Position numbers and translations under genes: made by a program. The notes beneath the pieces are model-generated. The model saw nothing but the letters and a program-made list of their open reading frames with translations, ran no database searches and was not told where the DNA came from. Positions 48,164 through 60,039 of a stretch of 64,000 nucleotides of DNA are shown in pieces. Origin of the DNA: Phoronis australis (taxonomy: Eukaryota; Animalia; Phoronida); assembly GCA_002633005.1 (NCBI GenBank), contig NMRA01000089.1, positions 855,895-919,894 on the forward strand. Reading direction: 5' to 3'. Positions within the stretch are counted from its first letter, which is position 1, and each line of letters opens with the position of its first letter.

Positions 48164-51100
48164 CGTCATTATTATTGCTATACCAAAATGTTTCCGTATC
48201 CAAATTTTTGGTTACCGTATACTTTTCATTAGTGTTGTTGATGGTATTATTTTTATTGTTATTACTACTACTATTATTATTATTGTTAATATAATAATTA
48301 AATTCTTTTTAAATCATTATTTTCTGTTCAGGTGGGAAATATTCTAATACTGTCATGATTTCACATTTTTGTTGCTCTTTACCTTGTGTTAACTTCCTTC
48401 ATTTATTAGACATCAATCAATAATTGTGAAGACTGCTAACCACTAAAGCTGTAGAATATGGTAATTCAATTCGACTAATTGCAACCTACATATTTCATGT
48501 GTGTTGTGATAAGTGTCAGTCAGTTTGCTTGGCTTAGTTATAAAAATAACAAATTCCATTGTGCTGCACTTCAACAATATGCTTGGCCTTGGGGTCACTA
48601 TGGCAGGCGATTGTCTGGCCCCTAATCAGCCTAGGCATGCTGATTAGTTTGTTTTAGTCTATGATAGCTTCTGAAGAGTCAGTTTGTTTTATGGGATTTT
48701 ATGAGGACTCTGGCTGTCATAGTGAAAGTGCTGTTTTATTGAGTTCATGTTGGTGCGCAGGGAGTAGCATGGTAAATAACAACAAATTCGACTTTCAGTG
48801 AAAATTTTGCCTGTCAAAATGTTTTCCGTAAATTTCCTTCGGATCTGAATTGTTTTTGAAGCTTGACTGTCTCGTGCCAATGCTCGTTGCAGAGTACCAA
48901 CACAAGTTGCTCGGGTGTTTAGTGGCGGCGTGTATTTTTATGTGCCAAGATGTGGTGCTCCCTATCATATTCCTTTCCTTTATTTCTTATGTGGCTGAGT
49001 TATTGCATTGGTTAGTCTGTCCCTCATGCTTTTAGATGTGTGTGCTCGATAATTAAGGCTTCTTTTACAAAGTAATGTTTTGGTACATGAATGTGTGATT
49101 TCATTTGTGATGTGTTTGCAGATTTCTGGACATCCTCCCTGGCTGATGTCAACCAACACCTGAAGAGGGCTCTGGAGGAGGAAGCATGCAATGGTGACAG
49201 CGACTTGACATTGCTGGAGGATTTGCCCGCAGGTGCAGTTGAGTGTAAGCCCAATACACAGCTGTCCGTGTCTGACTGTGGGAAAGAACTTGAGGCCCTT
49301 TCACCTTTTTTGACGTTGCTAAATTTTTCGGAAAACCAGAGCGACACATCTGGCACATGGAAAAGTACCCTAGACAAGAACTGCAGCAGTTTGACCAAGA
49401 CTTTTCAAAAAGAGGTGGAAATTGTGATTGACCCCGCAGAGCCTACCGATGGGGTAGTGAACAATGAACATTCGAGCTCGACAATGTTCCATAGCACAAA
49501 TCAAATTGATCTCATTCAACCAGACAATACTCGTTATTATCGTGGCAATCTCTCTGACCGTATCAGTGATTATGAGGACATCTGGTCCTCCAACAAGGGA
49601 CCACAAGATGGCGGCGCATCAGACGGCATGCATTTTCAGGTAATTAATATCACTGACCTGCAGTCGACTCCGAAAGAGGACAGTCTCACATTCAGCCCCA
49701 TTCAGCTTTCAACGGAACATTTCTTGAAATCACAGGCTGCTAATAATAATGAGTATCCCAAGTCATCTAACGCGTCATCGATGGTGCCGCCAACTCAAGT
49801 GCCATCTACGCGGCGGGTGCCGAGCACCCAACCAAATTTTTTCCGCTTTGACTTTGACCAGAAGACTCGGGACATGCTGAGCTCTCAGCAGAGGTATGGC
49901 AGCCCGCTCTACGTGGAACCCGCCGATGCCATCGAAGGCATACCACAGCACGTGACGGTGAATCGCATCACGACTGACCCAAGCATGTCAGACAGCGCTA
50001 CTGAGTCAAAGCTATTGGCTGCTCCTCCAAGACGTGCTTTAAGGAGCAGACACACCGTCAAAGAGATTCCAGTTTGTTCAGGTGCCCCCAGTGATCGGCC
50101 TAGAAAACTGCAAAGGGTGAAAACTGCTCCAGCGCAGTTGCCACGTCAGCTGGATAGTTTAAAACAAAACTCTAGACCCGCAGTGAAGACAACTGATTCC
50201 TCATCAGATGGTCGAGTCAGTCGTGGGGTGGGCCACCAAGGTATAACATTCCTGTCTCCAAGCGGTAGCGACAGGGGTCTGTATGTCAACACGGCACCTG
50301 GCCTGATTCATGACCCTCCACCACCAAGTCCCAACCAGGCTCACCAGCAGATCATGGCTCAGCTCAGCCGTGAGTCCAGCAAAAGTGGTCTGTCCCGCTC
50401 TAAGAGCCTCAAAGAGAAGTCCTCTAGTCAACCTATCCAGGTACCAGAGCGTGAAGCGCAGACGTTGCCTACAGACATAGCCAGACTAAAAACCAGCAGC
50501 GGCTCTGAAACCAGCGATTCAGACACATTGACTCAGGTTTCGCTACAGGTAAACAATTTCAGGCCTCGGTCGGAAACGATGATTAGTACATATGACAATG
50601 TGAAAAATGTTAGTCGCGACCAAGGGGTAGATATGCTCGATGATTACGAGACTGGGCAGGTATCTTTGGTGCCACCAAAAAAGTCCAGCACAGTTGAACA
50701 AAATCTCCATGATCTACAAACTTTGCTCAATGATGAGGCAGCCTTAAGTCCACGCTGTGGTAAGTTCCCTGTGTTTAGCAACTCGTCGGACAACTCCACA
50801 TTCACTGACTCATCAACCATCGCTGATCTCATAAATTTGCATGCTCCCGAGCTGACCGTCAAGCCACTACAACAGCTTACCGCCAAGAATCTCCAACGAC
50901 TGTCTGTGTATGACAATGTGCCTGACGTCAGCTTGAGGAAATCAATTGCCTTCTCGGCGGCACGTGGATCCGTTGCATTTTCCGCCGTTAGTGCTGGCAC
51001 CGTGTTCTCAAAACCATGGGATAATACTCTGTGGAACGACTTGCTCAATTTGCCCGAGAACGAGGCAAATCCCCGAGAGAGGCTGCCAACAGAACTGAAC

Positions 51101-54100
51101 GAACGTCTACAGGAATGGAAGGTTAACAGGCAGGCTCAGCTCTCCTTGTCCTCGCCAACATTCATGCCGCAGCCGTGCTCTCCTCCGGACACGCCCACTA
51201 ATCCATTTCCTGTAGTCAACGAAGACCGGCAATCATGGGTGTCAGGCAACGACGTAGACCATTACGATGACGAAAAAGAAGACGATGACTACCAATTGGT
51301 CTCTGAAATGACTGGCTACCCCCTCCGCTCAGATGCTACAGACTATCAGAATTTGTCGGATAACGTGGACAGTGGTACAGAGCTCGGATCTTACAGTTCA
51401 CAGGAAAATGTCAACAGCTTGCCAAGGAGAAGTCAACCTCTCATGCTACCTGACATCGCAATAACCACCACAGACGTCAGCCAAGGGAGATCATTCCAAG
51501 AAAGATTGGATCCATTTTTATGTGAGTGTTCTTCACGTAATTGATTTTCTGTTACATTTGTCAAGATAATGAAAAAAAAATTAAGAAAGTCATGTTGTGA
51601 TTTTTAGAATAAGGGATTTTCTTGAGCCTAGTGATAACGACAGCCCAAGCATGAAAAATGTAAGGAAACTTGAAATTTTGTTCCATTTTACTGTTGTGTA
51701 ATCTCGTCGACAACCTAACTCTAACATACTGAAGACTTTGGGTGAGCCACTGTCACTCTTGACAAATTTAAGTAGACAATAGAGAAGTCAGTCTTTTCGG
51801 TGCTGTGCTTGTAGCCTGTGCGTTGGCTGAGGCACTGAATTTGAGCCTTCCCTGAATGAGCCACCTCAGTGCACTCGCCTTTCACCAAACCAGATTCCAT
51901 CTCCTCTCTTTGTGACTGTCAGGTGCACCACGCCTCATCAACCTTCGACAACGGGACAAGAACCACCAGCCAGGCATTAAGATCCGGAACTACATCTCCA
52001 AGCTATCGACTGACAACAGCACAATCTTTGGGAGCACGGTGGAGAACTTCATCCAGTGCACGTTAGAGAGCCCCGAGATGAGTCCACATGTGGTCATGCG
52101 TAACGTGCGCCAGTTCATGAGTGGCATCAAGAACTACTTGGTGAAGAGTGGCGAGAAGGACCTCCTGCAGGTGATAGAGAGGGAGAGGCAAGAAGTAGGT
52201 ACTCTAAAAGTGGCGGTTGTACACCTGTGTACTTTTTAAAGAAAATGTATTTTAAAACCCCGATCGGATCTTGTAGGGTTCGTTGTCCAAAATACAAAAT
52301 AGTCCAAGTTTAAATTTGATTTTTGACGAATGAAAAGAACTGCCGTGTTTTAGGTACTCTATGCCTGCCACCTGGTGGTATGATGTCATTAACAGAACAA
52401 AATGGCACTGAGTTCCTCTAATATCAAATTATGACTGTTGAGTGGCATTTTCTTATGTGAGACATCAGGAATTTAACTTATTTCAATCTGATGCACTTGT
52501 TTCAGCTGGACGCTGATGAATTTCTCAACATTGATGCCATCATAGAGGGTGCATTGCACAAGTGTGTAGTACGACCACTCAAGAGTCACATCTATCACCT
52601 GTTTGTACATGAGTACACCAAGAATGGCCGACTGAAGCTGTTGTCACGGAATATTCATGAGGGTCAGAAGAAAACACCAGAGGAACTGGGAATTAGAGTA
52701 AGGGACATCCTTGTCTTCCTGACATTGATCAAATGAACTTTGTCATTAAATATCAGTTCTAGAATCTCTATGACTGCATTGTTACCTTAAGGTGGTTTAC
52801 ACAGTCACTATTTCATCAAAACTGCCATTGATTTTGCCTTTCGTGTGTCTTAAACAAAAGATTAATACTGTGATAGGCTTAAAATTACACTATACCCAGA
52901 TATTAGCATCTAGCAGATATTGAGATGAATTTATACTGTGAAACCAGACTGTACTCTGTACACTTTTGCAAATCCTTGGTGGTTTGATTGAACAACTTAC
53001 AAAATTTGAAAGCATGATCAACACTTCAGGCAAGTAAATAGACTTTGGGGAGAGGCTGTGCATCTTGTCAACCACAGAATACATTTTGTGACACTGTGAC
53101 AGAGTTTTAGCCGAACAATGCTTTATCTTTTCAGTTAAGTGCTAATGTTGCAATAGCAGATAAGGGAAGAAACTTGGGAGTAAAATTATTGAAACATGGT
53201 TTAGTATCCTTTTAATTCATTCAGTATTTGAGTCAGTTTCAATTTTCATTTGAGTGTTAAACATTTGTTTTTCAGCTTGGCCTGAACCCACCTCAAGGGA
53301 CTTCCATGGAAGTCATAAAACATTTCCTGGTCAAAATGCAAGAGGCGTACTCCCCTTTGAAGAAGCTGGAAAACTTACTGGGTGCAACATCGTCAATCTA
53401 TAACAGTGTAAGTGGTGAAAAGGCGATCTGTCACGTGATGGTTTGGCATGGAAGCATAAATCTGTTTAATATGAATTTTCTGTAAACAATTAGAAATTGT
53501 ATTTCACTAAGTGAAACCTCAGTTGGTGTTATTCACATGTGGTTATTTGTCCTTCGTAATTCAATATGAAATTGACATTCTTTGACAGTTCCTTCATTTT
53601 TCAAAGTGTCTAAGTTATTCCGTCAGTTGTTTCTATGTTTCAGCGTTCTAAGTAAAATATGTCGAACATTATTTTCAGGTGATGCCCTCTATGGATGGTG
53701 AGAGTGAGGTTTCAATGGGAGCTGATGGTATGTTCATTTCTTTTGCTTACTTGTCCTTGTGATGTATTGACATTATATCTGTTTCATTTAATTCCAACTG
53801 TGATGAATGTTCATCAAGTTTAACTCATTTTTCTCAGTCTGAAAAGTTTTTCATTTTCTGTTGACAATTCATTGAAGAGCTCTCTAAACACTTTGAGTTT
53901 AAGCTATGGTGGTGAAGCAGGACATAACGTATAAAAAATGTATATTCTGTTTTAGAGAGTTCTGGAGTGAATTGTCAGCATATAACATATGTAAAGTCTT
54001 CAAAGTCTTTGAGTAAATCATTAAAGTTGTTTATTTTGGAAAAAGGCATCAATTAAAGCCTCAGGCAGTGCCGTTTTTTGGAAAAAATGTCGTTTTGGAT

Positions 54101-56259
54101 GGAATACTTTGTTTTGTCTTTGATGCGATGAGTTAGCATTTCCAATTACAAATGATAACATTATAAATTGTATGGAGTTCATGGATTGTTTCAACTCGAA
54201 AATTTGTCATTGGCTTTAAACTTGTTGTATTTAAGTTTGACCTAATTAGCATGACGTGGGATTATGGAGATTCTGTATGTACATGACGCGTATGGTTGGG
54301 AGGTTGTTGAATAATGGATACTTGAGTGTTCGTGTTACAGATCTTAACAGGCTACTATATTGTACTGTTGTTGGCAGTTTATTTATTTCCATCAGAGAAA
54401 TTTTGTAAATTTTATGTATAACATCAAAATAAGTTTGGAGGGTTTGTCAAGGATACTTTGAAGTTAATGTCATTTGAACGTCAACAAATCGGTCTTTTTT
54501 TGTTTCATGGGAAAGTGAGTTTGAAATTTGAATTTGAGCATTATTGCGTTTCTGTTGCAGATTTCTTGCCGATGTTCATCTATGTCATTGTTCAGTGCGG
54601 AATCGTGTCGGCTGAGATTGAGGCTGATTACATGTGGGGTCTCCTTCACCCCTCGCTGCTGACTGGAGAGGGGGGTTACTACCTGACCACTCTAAGTAGC
54701 GCTGTACACGTGTTGAAGAACCTACACTACCTACAGTCTATGGACAGCCAGGTAATTGTGCATCCCTGGAAAAATTGAAATTGTTTGGGCATTTGTTAAT
54801 TGTGCTTTAACTGTATCAAATTTTACATTTTATTAGGGCACGACTTAAATGATGACTTGACCATGTAATGCAACTTTTTAAAAGAACTATGGACACCAGC
54901 GCAATCTATTGGTTAATGGTATACATTATGAGTCTCCATATTCATGAAACTTGGAATAAGATTGAAATTGCATTTTGTTCACTCTTGTGATGTTTTGACT
55001 TGTCATGCTGGTCTATATAGAGGTTGTTTTTAATTTTTGTATTGATACACCTTGACAGTATCTCATTAATTCATGACTTGTTGCTTAAAGCTCACAGGTG
55101 AGGAGATTTGATTTTGTCAGTGAATGTGGTCCAAATTTCATGACTTGTGGAGAGTTATGATGTAAAATGCTCCCACTATAGTGGAGATTGATTTGTTTAT
55201 CAGTCGACCATTCCCGATAGTATTTCAGTGTCCACTATTTTTCAATCACATTACGCATGAAGGGAGGAAGTGATCTTAAATTAGGAGTCTCCAATAAGTG
55301 TTGTTTGTGAGGTTACTGTTTTCTCGACCCCATTTTGACCTTTAAATTACCCACTTTTCAGTCGAGACTGCCAGCCATAAGTGACGTGCAAGGCTTCATG
55401 AGGATCGTGATACCAGATGAGAAGTACAGCAGTCTCGTCGCCAAGACACTTCCTGTTCGACCCAACATGACCACCAAAGACGTCTGCTCCATGTTGGTTC
55501 ACAAACTAAAGATAACCAACCCTCAAGAATACTCCCTCTACAAGGTTGTGGCCGGAGAAGGTATGGTGTTCTCCACCATCATGTTTTGGCGAATATTATG
55601 ACAGTTAATATTCTTTGCTAAAAATACATCGACTATCAACAAAATTAGTGCAGGTGATCTGAAACCTTATGATGTGCACCATCAGGCCAGGTTCATTGTA
55701 CAAGCAGCCGGTTTGGGCTGTGGAGAACTCTCATGTTCATGAGAGAAGATATCGGCAGACTTCTTTCAAATATATATGCAGACTTCACTGTTGGTAGACA
55801 TTATTGGATAATAGCCTTTAGGAGTGAGGCTTAATTACCAAATACTTTGTTGAGTTAATGCCGTTGGCTCTTAAATTACATTTAACGTTGGTATTCTTGT
55901 CTCAGAAATCAACAGAGAATTAGATTAATAATCTGATATTATTTGTTCTGTTTTGAGAAATAGGAAAGATGTGTTGTTAACGGTCAAATGTTGTCAGATC
56001 CAACTAGTATTCAAATCATATTTTGACGATGCCTTAACAGCAGTAAATGTAATCGTGAATTTTTAAATTAGTTCACTTGTTTCATTTTTATCTCATTTTG
56101 ACAAACTTCCGTATTATTACAGAGACGATGTTGACAGATGCCGTGTGTCCTCAGACTATTAGGGCGGAGCATTTGGAGCGAGGCATGACTTGTACTTTTG
56201 TCTACCGACGAACTGATGCCAACATAGCCTTGCCAAAGTCACTCAACCGCCACCACTGA
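18819..56259 (+). CDS. spri: RIN/Sprint-family Ras and Rab interactor (SH2, VPS9 Rab5-GEF, RA), 14 coding exons, ~1665 aa
   Basis: join(18819-18899,19959-20059,31953-32772,33925-34068,38292-38479,41895-41986,49122-51521,51923-52194,52506-52697,53276-53407,53679-53727,54561-54751,55362-55560,56123-56259) = 4998 nt. All introns are GT-AG with consistent phases. Motifs: LERLIESRPIWYL, FMVRKS (SH2), LGQDFW, VRQFMSGIKNYL, GADDFLP and GEGGYYLTTL (VPS9), KTLPVRPNMTTKDVC (RA). The first three exons are less certain. Confidence 0.9.
19959..20059 (+). CDS. spri: RIN/Sprint exon 2
   Basis: TATTTCAG|LITSIATDLDVLLSDLCGRRPVVRADKVSVDEN(S)|GTGAG; phase 0 to 2, matching the acceptor at 31952. Confidence 0.65.
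21275..21313. repeat. 20-bp tandem duplication
   Basis: AGTACTCTTAAAGGGGGCCT AGTACTCTTAAAGGGGCCT. Confidence 0.85.
23290..24581. mobile_element. Putative TTAA-bounded non-autonomous DNA element with a CpG-rich core
   Basis: TTAAGGTG at 23290 and CACCTTAA ending at 24581. The interior (23510-24350) is much richer in CpG than the surrounding intron. Boundaries uncertain. Confidence 0.4.
24435..24563. mobile_element. hAT-like MITE with G/C tracts
   Basis: CAGGGTCAGATCCAGGATTTTGAGTTGGGGGGG ... CCCCCCTCTAAATCCGCCACAG, degenerate CAGGGGCGGATC-type TIRs. Confidence 0.6.
31953..32772 (+). CDS. spri: RIN/Sprint exon 3, acidic low-complexity region
   Basis: Within ORF 31759-32922. Acceptor TTCCAG|T, donor GAG|GTAAGG. 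DLEQYLVGVDSDSGGLSSRSSESP...QVKE. Phase 2 to 0. Confidence 0.75.
33925..34068 (+). CDS. spri: RIN/Sprint exon 4, SH2 N-terminal part
   Basis: CTCTTCGTAG|AAVSEEEHKEVLKAIDMLERLIESRPIWYLPNVRRATATQLLKDQDVG|GTAAAT. Confidence 0.9.
38292..38479 (+). CDS. spri: RIN/Sprint exon 5, SH2 core
   Basis: MFMVRKSSQPSTMALSVR...VEHYLIE...FPYLPLLIAHYCQY|GTGAGT. Confidence 0.92.
39492..39666. repeat. Diverged tandem duplication, ~95-bp unit, 2 copies
   Basis: TATATTCTGTTTTAAAATTAAATTGGTATCACTTTGATG..AAGGTATTTTCAAGTGGTTT vs CATATTCTGTTTTAGTTATAAATTGGTGTCTCTTCGATG..AAGGTGTTTTCAAATGGTTT. Confidence 0.7.
41895..41986 (+). CDS. spri: RIN/Sprint exon 6, end of SH2
   Basis: CTTTCAG|DELPCCLVLPPVVMNTRSHRELTSLALLGQ|GTGAGT; phase 2 to 1. 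Confidence 0.9.
43148..43185. repeat. 20-bp tandem duplication
   Basis: AAAATGTTGGAATAACTGGG AAAATGTTGGAATAACTG. Confidence 0.8.
48124..48176. repeat. (TTA)n microsatellite
   Basis: About 13 perfect TTA units plus a degenerate extension. Confidence 0.95.
49122..51521 (+). CDS. spri: RIN/Sprint exon 7, 2400-nt Ser/Pro/Tyr-motif-rich linker
   Basis: ORF 49091-51544. Acceptor TTTGCAG|AT completes LGQDFW; donor T|GTGAGT. Contains SDRISDYEDIW and PPPPSP. Confidence 0.9.
51923..52194 (+). CDS. spri: RIN/Sprint exon 8, RIN-homology/helical bundle
   Basis: APRLINLRQ...IRNYISKLSTDNSTIFGSTVENFIQCTLES...VMRNVRQFMSGIKNYLVKSGE...ERQE|GTAGGT. Confidence 0.92.
52506..52697 (+). CDS. spri: RIN/Sprint exon 9
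   Basis: LDADEFLNIDAIIEGALHKCVVRPLK...TPEELGIR|GTAAGG. Confidence 0.92.
53276..53407 (+). CDS. spri: RIN/Sprint exon 10, VPS9
   Basis: LGLNPPQGTSMEVIKHFLVKMQEAYSPLKKLENLLGATSSIYNS|GTAAGT. Confidence 0.92.
53679..53727 (+). CDS. spri: RIN/Sprint exon 11, VPS9 (49 nt)
   Basis: TTTTCAG|VMPSMDGESEVSMGAD(G)|GTATGT; supplies GAD of GADDFLP. Confidence 0.88.
54561..54751 (+). CDS. spri: RIN/Sprint exon 12, VPS9 core
   Basis: DFLPMFIYVIVQCG...EADYMWGLLHPSLLTGEGGYYLTTLSSAVHVLKN...SQ|GTAATT. Confidence 0.95.
55362..55560 (+). CDS. spri: RIN/Sprint exon 13, RA domain
   Basis: SRLPAISDVQGFMRIVIPDE...KTLPVRPNMTTKDVCSMLVHKLKITNPQEYSLYKVVAGE|GTATGG. Confidence 0.93.
56123..56259 (+). CDS. spri: RIN/Sprint last coding exon, end of RA domain
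   Basis: TTACAG|ETMLTDAVCPQTIRAEHLERGMTCTFVYRRTDANIALPKSLNRHH*. Confidence 0.92.
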
Positions 56260-59200
56260 AACGGCCTCCAGGTGTCGCTACTTGGCTCCAGACCTGGAAA
56301 AACACTCCTCTGATAAGAGTCCATGTATTACAATGCAAGAGTCTGACAATGACCCTAGCAATGTCATCGTCGGTGAAGCTTGAAGATGCGGCCCTCTCAT
56401 TCTAGTTTACTTGAACTAAAATGGCTTGCTACTAAGTGAAATTCTAGTTCACTGTACTGGTGTTCCTAGTGCCCGTCAACTAGATAGTGGCTAGTGCGCT
56501 ATTAGTTGCTAACTGCAAGCTGTTAGCTAGTATAGCACAGGAAAGGTAGTTGTAATTTAGAGACAGTTGGCTGGGGCAATATTGAGGAAAGGTTTGAAAC
56601 TTTGTGCTTATCATGTTGCGAGTAGATAATCAAAAAGGGACATTCTTTTGATCCCTGGTTGTATAGCATTTCTAACCATGTTTGTTTTGTATTTTTGGTG
56701 GTTTGGTTGTAAAATGATCTCATTTTTCAGTGCATAAGATATTTTGTGGTTATTCACTTGGTGAATTAATATTTATAATTATTGTGGTTTATAACACTCT
56801 TACAGCTTCAATGTAGATCTGCATGTGTTGAACTGGGTTACTTATGAAGTAAATTTATAATAATGGTGTTTATGATTTGGATGGAAGTGAATCACTTTCT
56901 TAAATCCTGGGTTTTTGTAGGTAAAGTTTGACCGTATTGTGGTAGAAATATAGATTATATTGTATTATAGTTTATCATTTAATTACATTTTTGTTGCTTT
57001 TAAGTTGTGCCATATTTATTTCTTGCCAAAAATGTAATAATACATTATTCCTAGATTTTTCTCTTTTCTTCGCGTTGATAGTGTACATGGCTCAGTTCTT
57101 AGAGATGGTAGAAAGTGCTGGTCTGTTTATATGTAGCTATAAGTTCAAGGGAATCACCCTGGGCTTGTGGTGTTCCCAGTTTGACTGTCTATCCTTCATG
57201 GTATTAGAAACATACTCAGGATTGCTGTTAGTAGACAGAAGCATTGATGGACGTAGTCTGTTTAGTGGTAACTGGAATTGTCAAGATGTTAGATTGTATT
57301 ATATTTTGATGATCTAAAAGATATGCACTTTTGAAGTCTGGTGTAATTTCTCACACGTTTATAGTTAAAGGAGCATTTCAATGTTGTTTAGCAGTCAATG
57401 AATTCTTTACCAAGACATTTTGGGTTTTAAAAAAACGTCACCGCACTAATTCAATCACGAATCATTGGAGCATGAGTCAGTAACTCAAGTCACAGACGAT
57501 GTGTACTACGTGTTGTTTTCGAATTCGCTGTTTAAGCATTGCTCAGTCAAGTCCTATCACGGCATGGAACATTATGAGACCAATTTTTTAGCTAAAGTTG
57601 TGTCTTAGTTCATTTTTTATTTTTGGCAGCTAAGTAGTGATGAAATGCAGCTTTGAAGTATTCCACCGTAGGTATGTAACGGAGGTGTTTTCCAGTGTCA
57701 AAGTAATGGTGAAACAGTCCCATGTATTTCTTTTCTGATATTGAAAGTGTCTCCGTTCATGGCAGCACTGTATCTGTGTTGTCGTGGAAATTCGATTGAT
57801 TGGCACCTTGTAAATTGATGGAAATTATAGGTTTTTCATCGACACTGATCACACACTATATATAGTAGAAACTGTCATGGCTAGTGTCCTTGCTGGCAGT
57901 GTGCCAGTGGCTTAAATGTTTTTAGCTAAGTGCTATCGGGTCTTGGGGCCCCAGACCATGGATCTCATGTCTACAGTATTGTTTTCAAGATGTGTATATG
58001 CACTGCATCAGTACACCCTCTTTATGTATAATCATTTTCCACCTTGTGCTTGTCACTAAAAATATTCATTAGCTAATGACTTTGTACCCCAGATAAATCT
58101 CTGTGTATGCTTTCATTATCAGTTTACTTGTTTGTGAGCTTTTGATTTCATCAGATGCTTTTAACTCCGCTTGAGGAGATATTAACTTTCCCAATCGACC
58201 GTCATTAACATTTCATCATGGTTAGTGAACTCTCGAAAGCAGTTATTGATTTACACCGTAATTTTTACTAAATTTCATCAGTTTCATTTGTATTTAAACT
58301 ACTGTAGTGATCACGATAGTCTCACTGCAATAGTACGTGTAGATAGTAACATGGAGAAAACAGAGTAATTGTCTAGTAGGCATGACAGTGTACGCAACAC
58401 TCCCCCCCTCTCCCTTAAATAGTTATCCTGTAGTTCAGTGTTTCTGAGACATATAGGGTAATGGCTTCTTTGTATGTAAACTTTATGTTGCTTAGCAGCT
58501 AATCTGTCTATTTTCAACAATTTTGGGAATTTATTTTGCAAGACATGAATTGGTTATTTTTAGGAAAGTACATTTATTTAACTTATGCCTTAGTTTTCGG
58601 CTTGTTGGTTAGGATAGGTTTTCCAGTTAATGGTTTTTTCTGACACTCTAATATATAATGCAAAAGATGTAAGCTGTAAAGTTGTACTTTAGCTCCGTGA
58701 AATTGATTTGGCTATGGTACGGATATTTTGTGCAAAAAATGACATTGTTGTAAAATATTGAGGAAGCCAAGCTTCCTGGAGAGTGGGTGATAGTTTTAGT
58801 GATGCACAGTTGTTTGAAGCGAAATATTCGTCTGCTTTGTGATAACGCACTAACTCATCGTATTAACTTGCGAATGCCTATCACTGTCGCAGCAGTCGAA
58901 TATTTCGTATCAAACGTGTTGTAATGTATGCTGTTTTTGTAGCCTTAAAGGCAGCGTTACAGGGTGGTTGTTGTTATGTGTTGATCACATTTTTTATTTG
59001 GTTTTTGGCTAGGTCATGGTACAAGTATTACGCTTCGCTACAGAGCCTATATTTAGAACGCAGGGTTTATGAATTGCGTTTGAGCTTACGCAAACAGCCT
59101 TGTGGAAGGCTCAGGCTGGCCTGTTGTCTCATCTGGACTGACGAGAAACACCTGGAGAGTAGTTAAAACTGTATCTCACCTGATTTTTCTTCACGTCCCT

Positions 59201-59536
59201 GTTTTCAAGGTTAGGTTTCTAAACTCAAGTGAACACGCTTAGGCAGATTACTGAAGTCTCGTATTGTTTAAGAGTCGTGTTGTCGTGGATTAGTAAGTAC
59301 ACAGGTGCTCGAAATGTAAAATTTCTAAAAACCACTCACTTAGACTTCACTATACTGTGTTATGTGTAGTCCTAGTGTCTTAGTGTCTTGGTGGATTTTT
59401 TCATGATCTTTTTTCATTTCGAGCACATGTGAGAAAGTATATGGACTGCAGTTTGCGGACATGGTTTCAGTTGATGTTGCTCACTAAAACATTGAAGAAA
59501 TAGACTATTCACTGGTATTTTTTTGTTTTCGTTTTG

Positions 59537-60025
59537 TTATCCCCCCAACCACGCACACACGCACACACGCAAATACTTATATGGTTACATATTGCCATCA
59601 CTTTGTCTGGTTCAGTGTCCGCTCCATGTCTCGGATTTTGATCGTGAAGCACATGGGAGTAGTGCATTATAATGGTATCTAGAGAATGGATTGACGGATT
59701 TCGATGAAACTTGACGCATAGGTATGTGATATCAATGCGCGGGCACGATTATAGTTCGGCCAAAAATCGGATTATTTATTATTAAAAAGGGTCACTGGTT
59801 TGCGTACAACACGTCGAATCTACTCAAAAAATGAAAAGATTTGCCCGTCTCCTTAATAGAAAACTCTTAGTCAAATACGGCTAAGAACTCCGAAGCTACA
59901 GGTGAAAACGTAATTGCCAGTAGCGGGCCAACGGTAGTCGGGTCCGTCCGAAAGTTGTCATCCGTTGTCTCGTTCATCATAGAAAATAACACCTGCAAAC
60001 GTGAAGAACGCACACAATATCCGCT
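59537..60025 (+). repeat. Possible Helentron-associated (HINE/DINE-like) short repeat
   Basis: Starts after a T-rich tract with TTATCCCCCC and contains TATCTAGAGAATGGATTGACGGATTTCGATGAAACTTG, resembling invertebrate HINE cores; CpG-rich. Boundaries approximate. Confidence 0.4.
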
Positions 60026-60039
60026 GATAAGTCTTTTCA

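Noticed and set aside
48120-48347. Poly-Ile hydrophobic ORF
   Set aside because: Translation of the (TTA)n microsatellite
31944-51048. Antisense ORFs overlapping the two large sprint exons
   Set aside because: Shadow ORFs of the coding strand with no independent motifs
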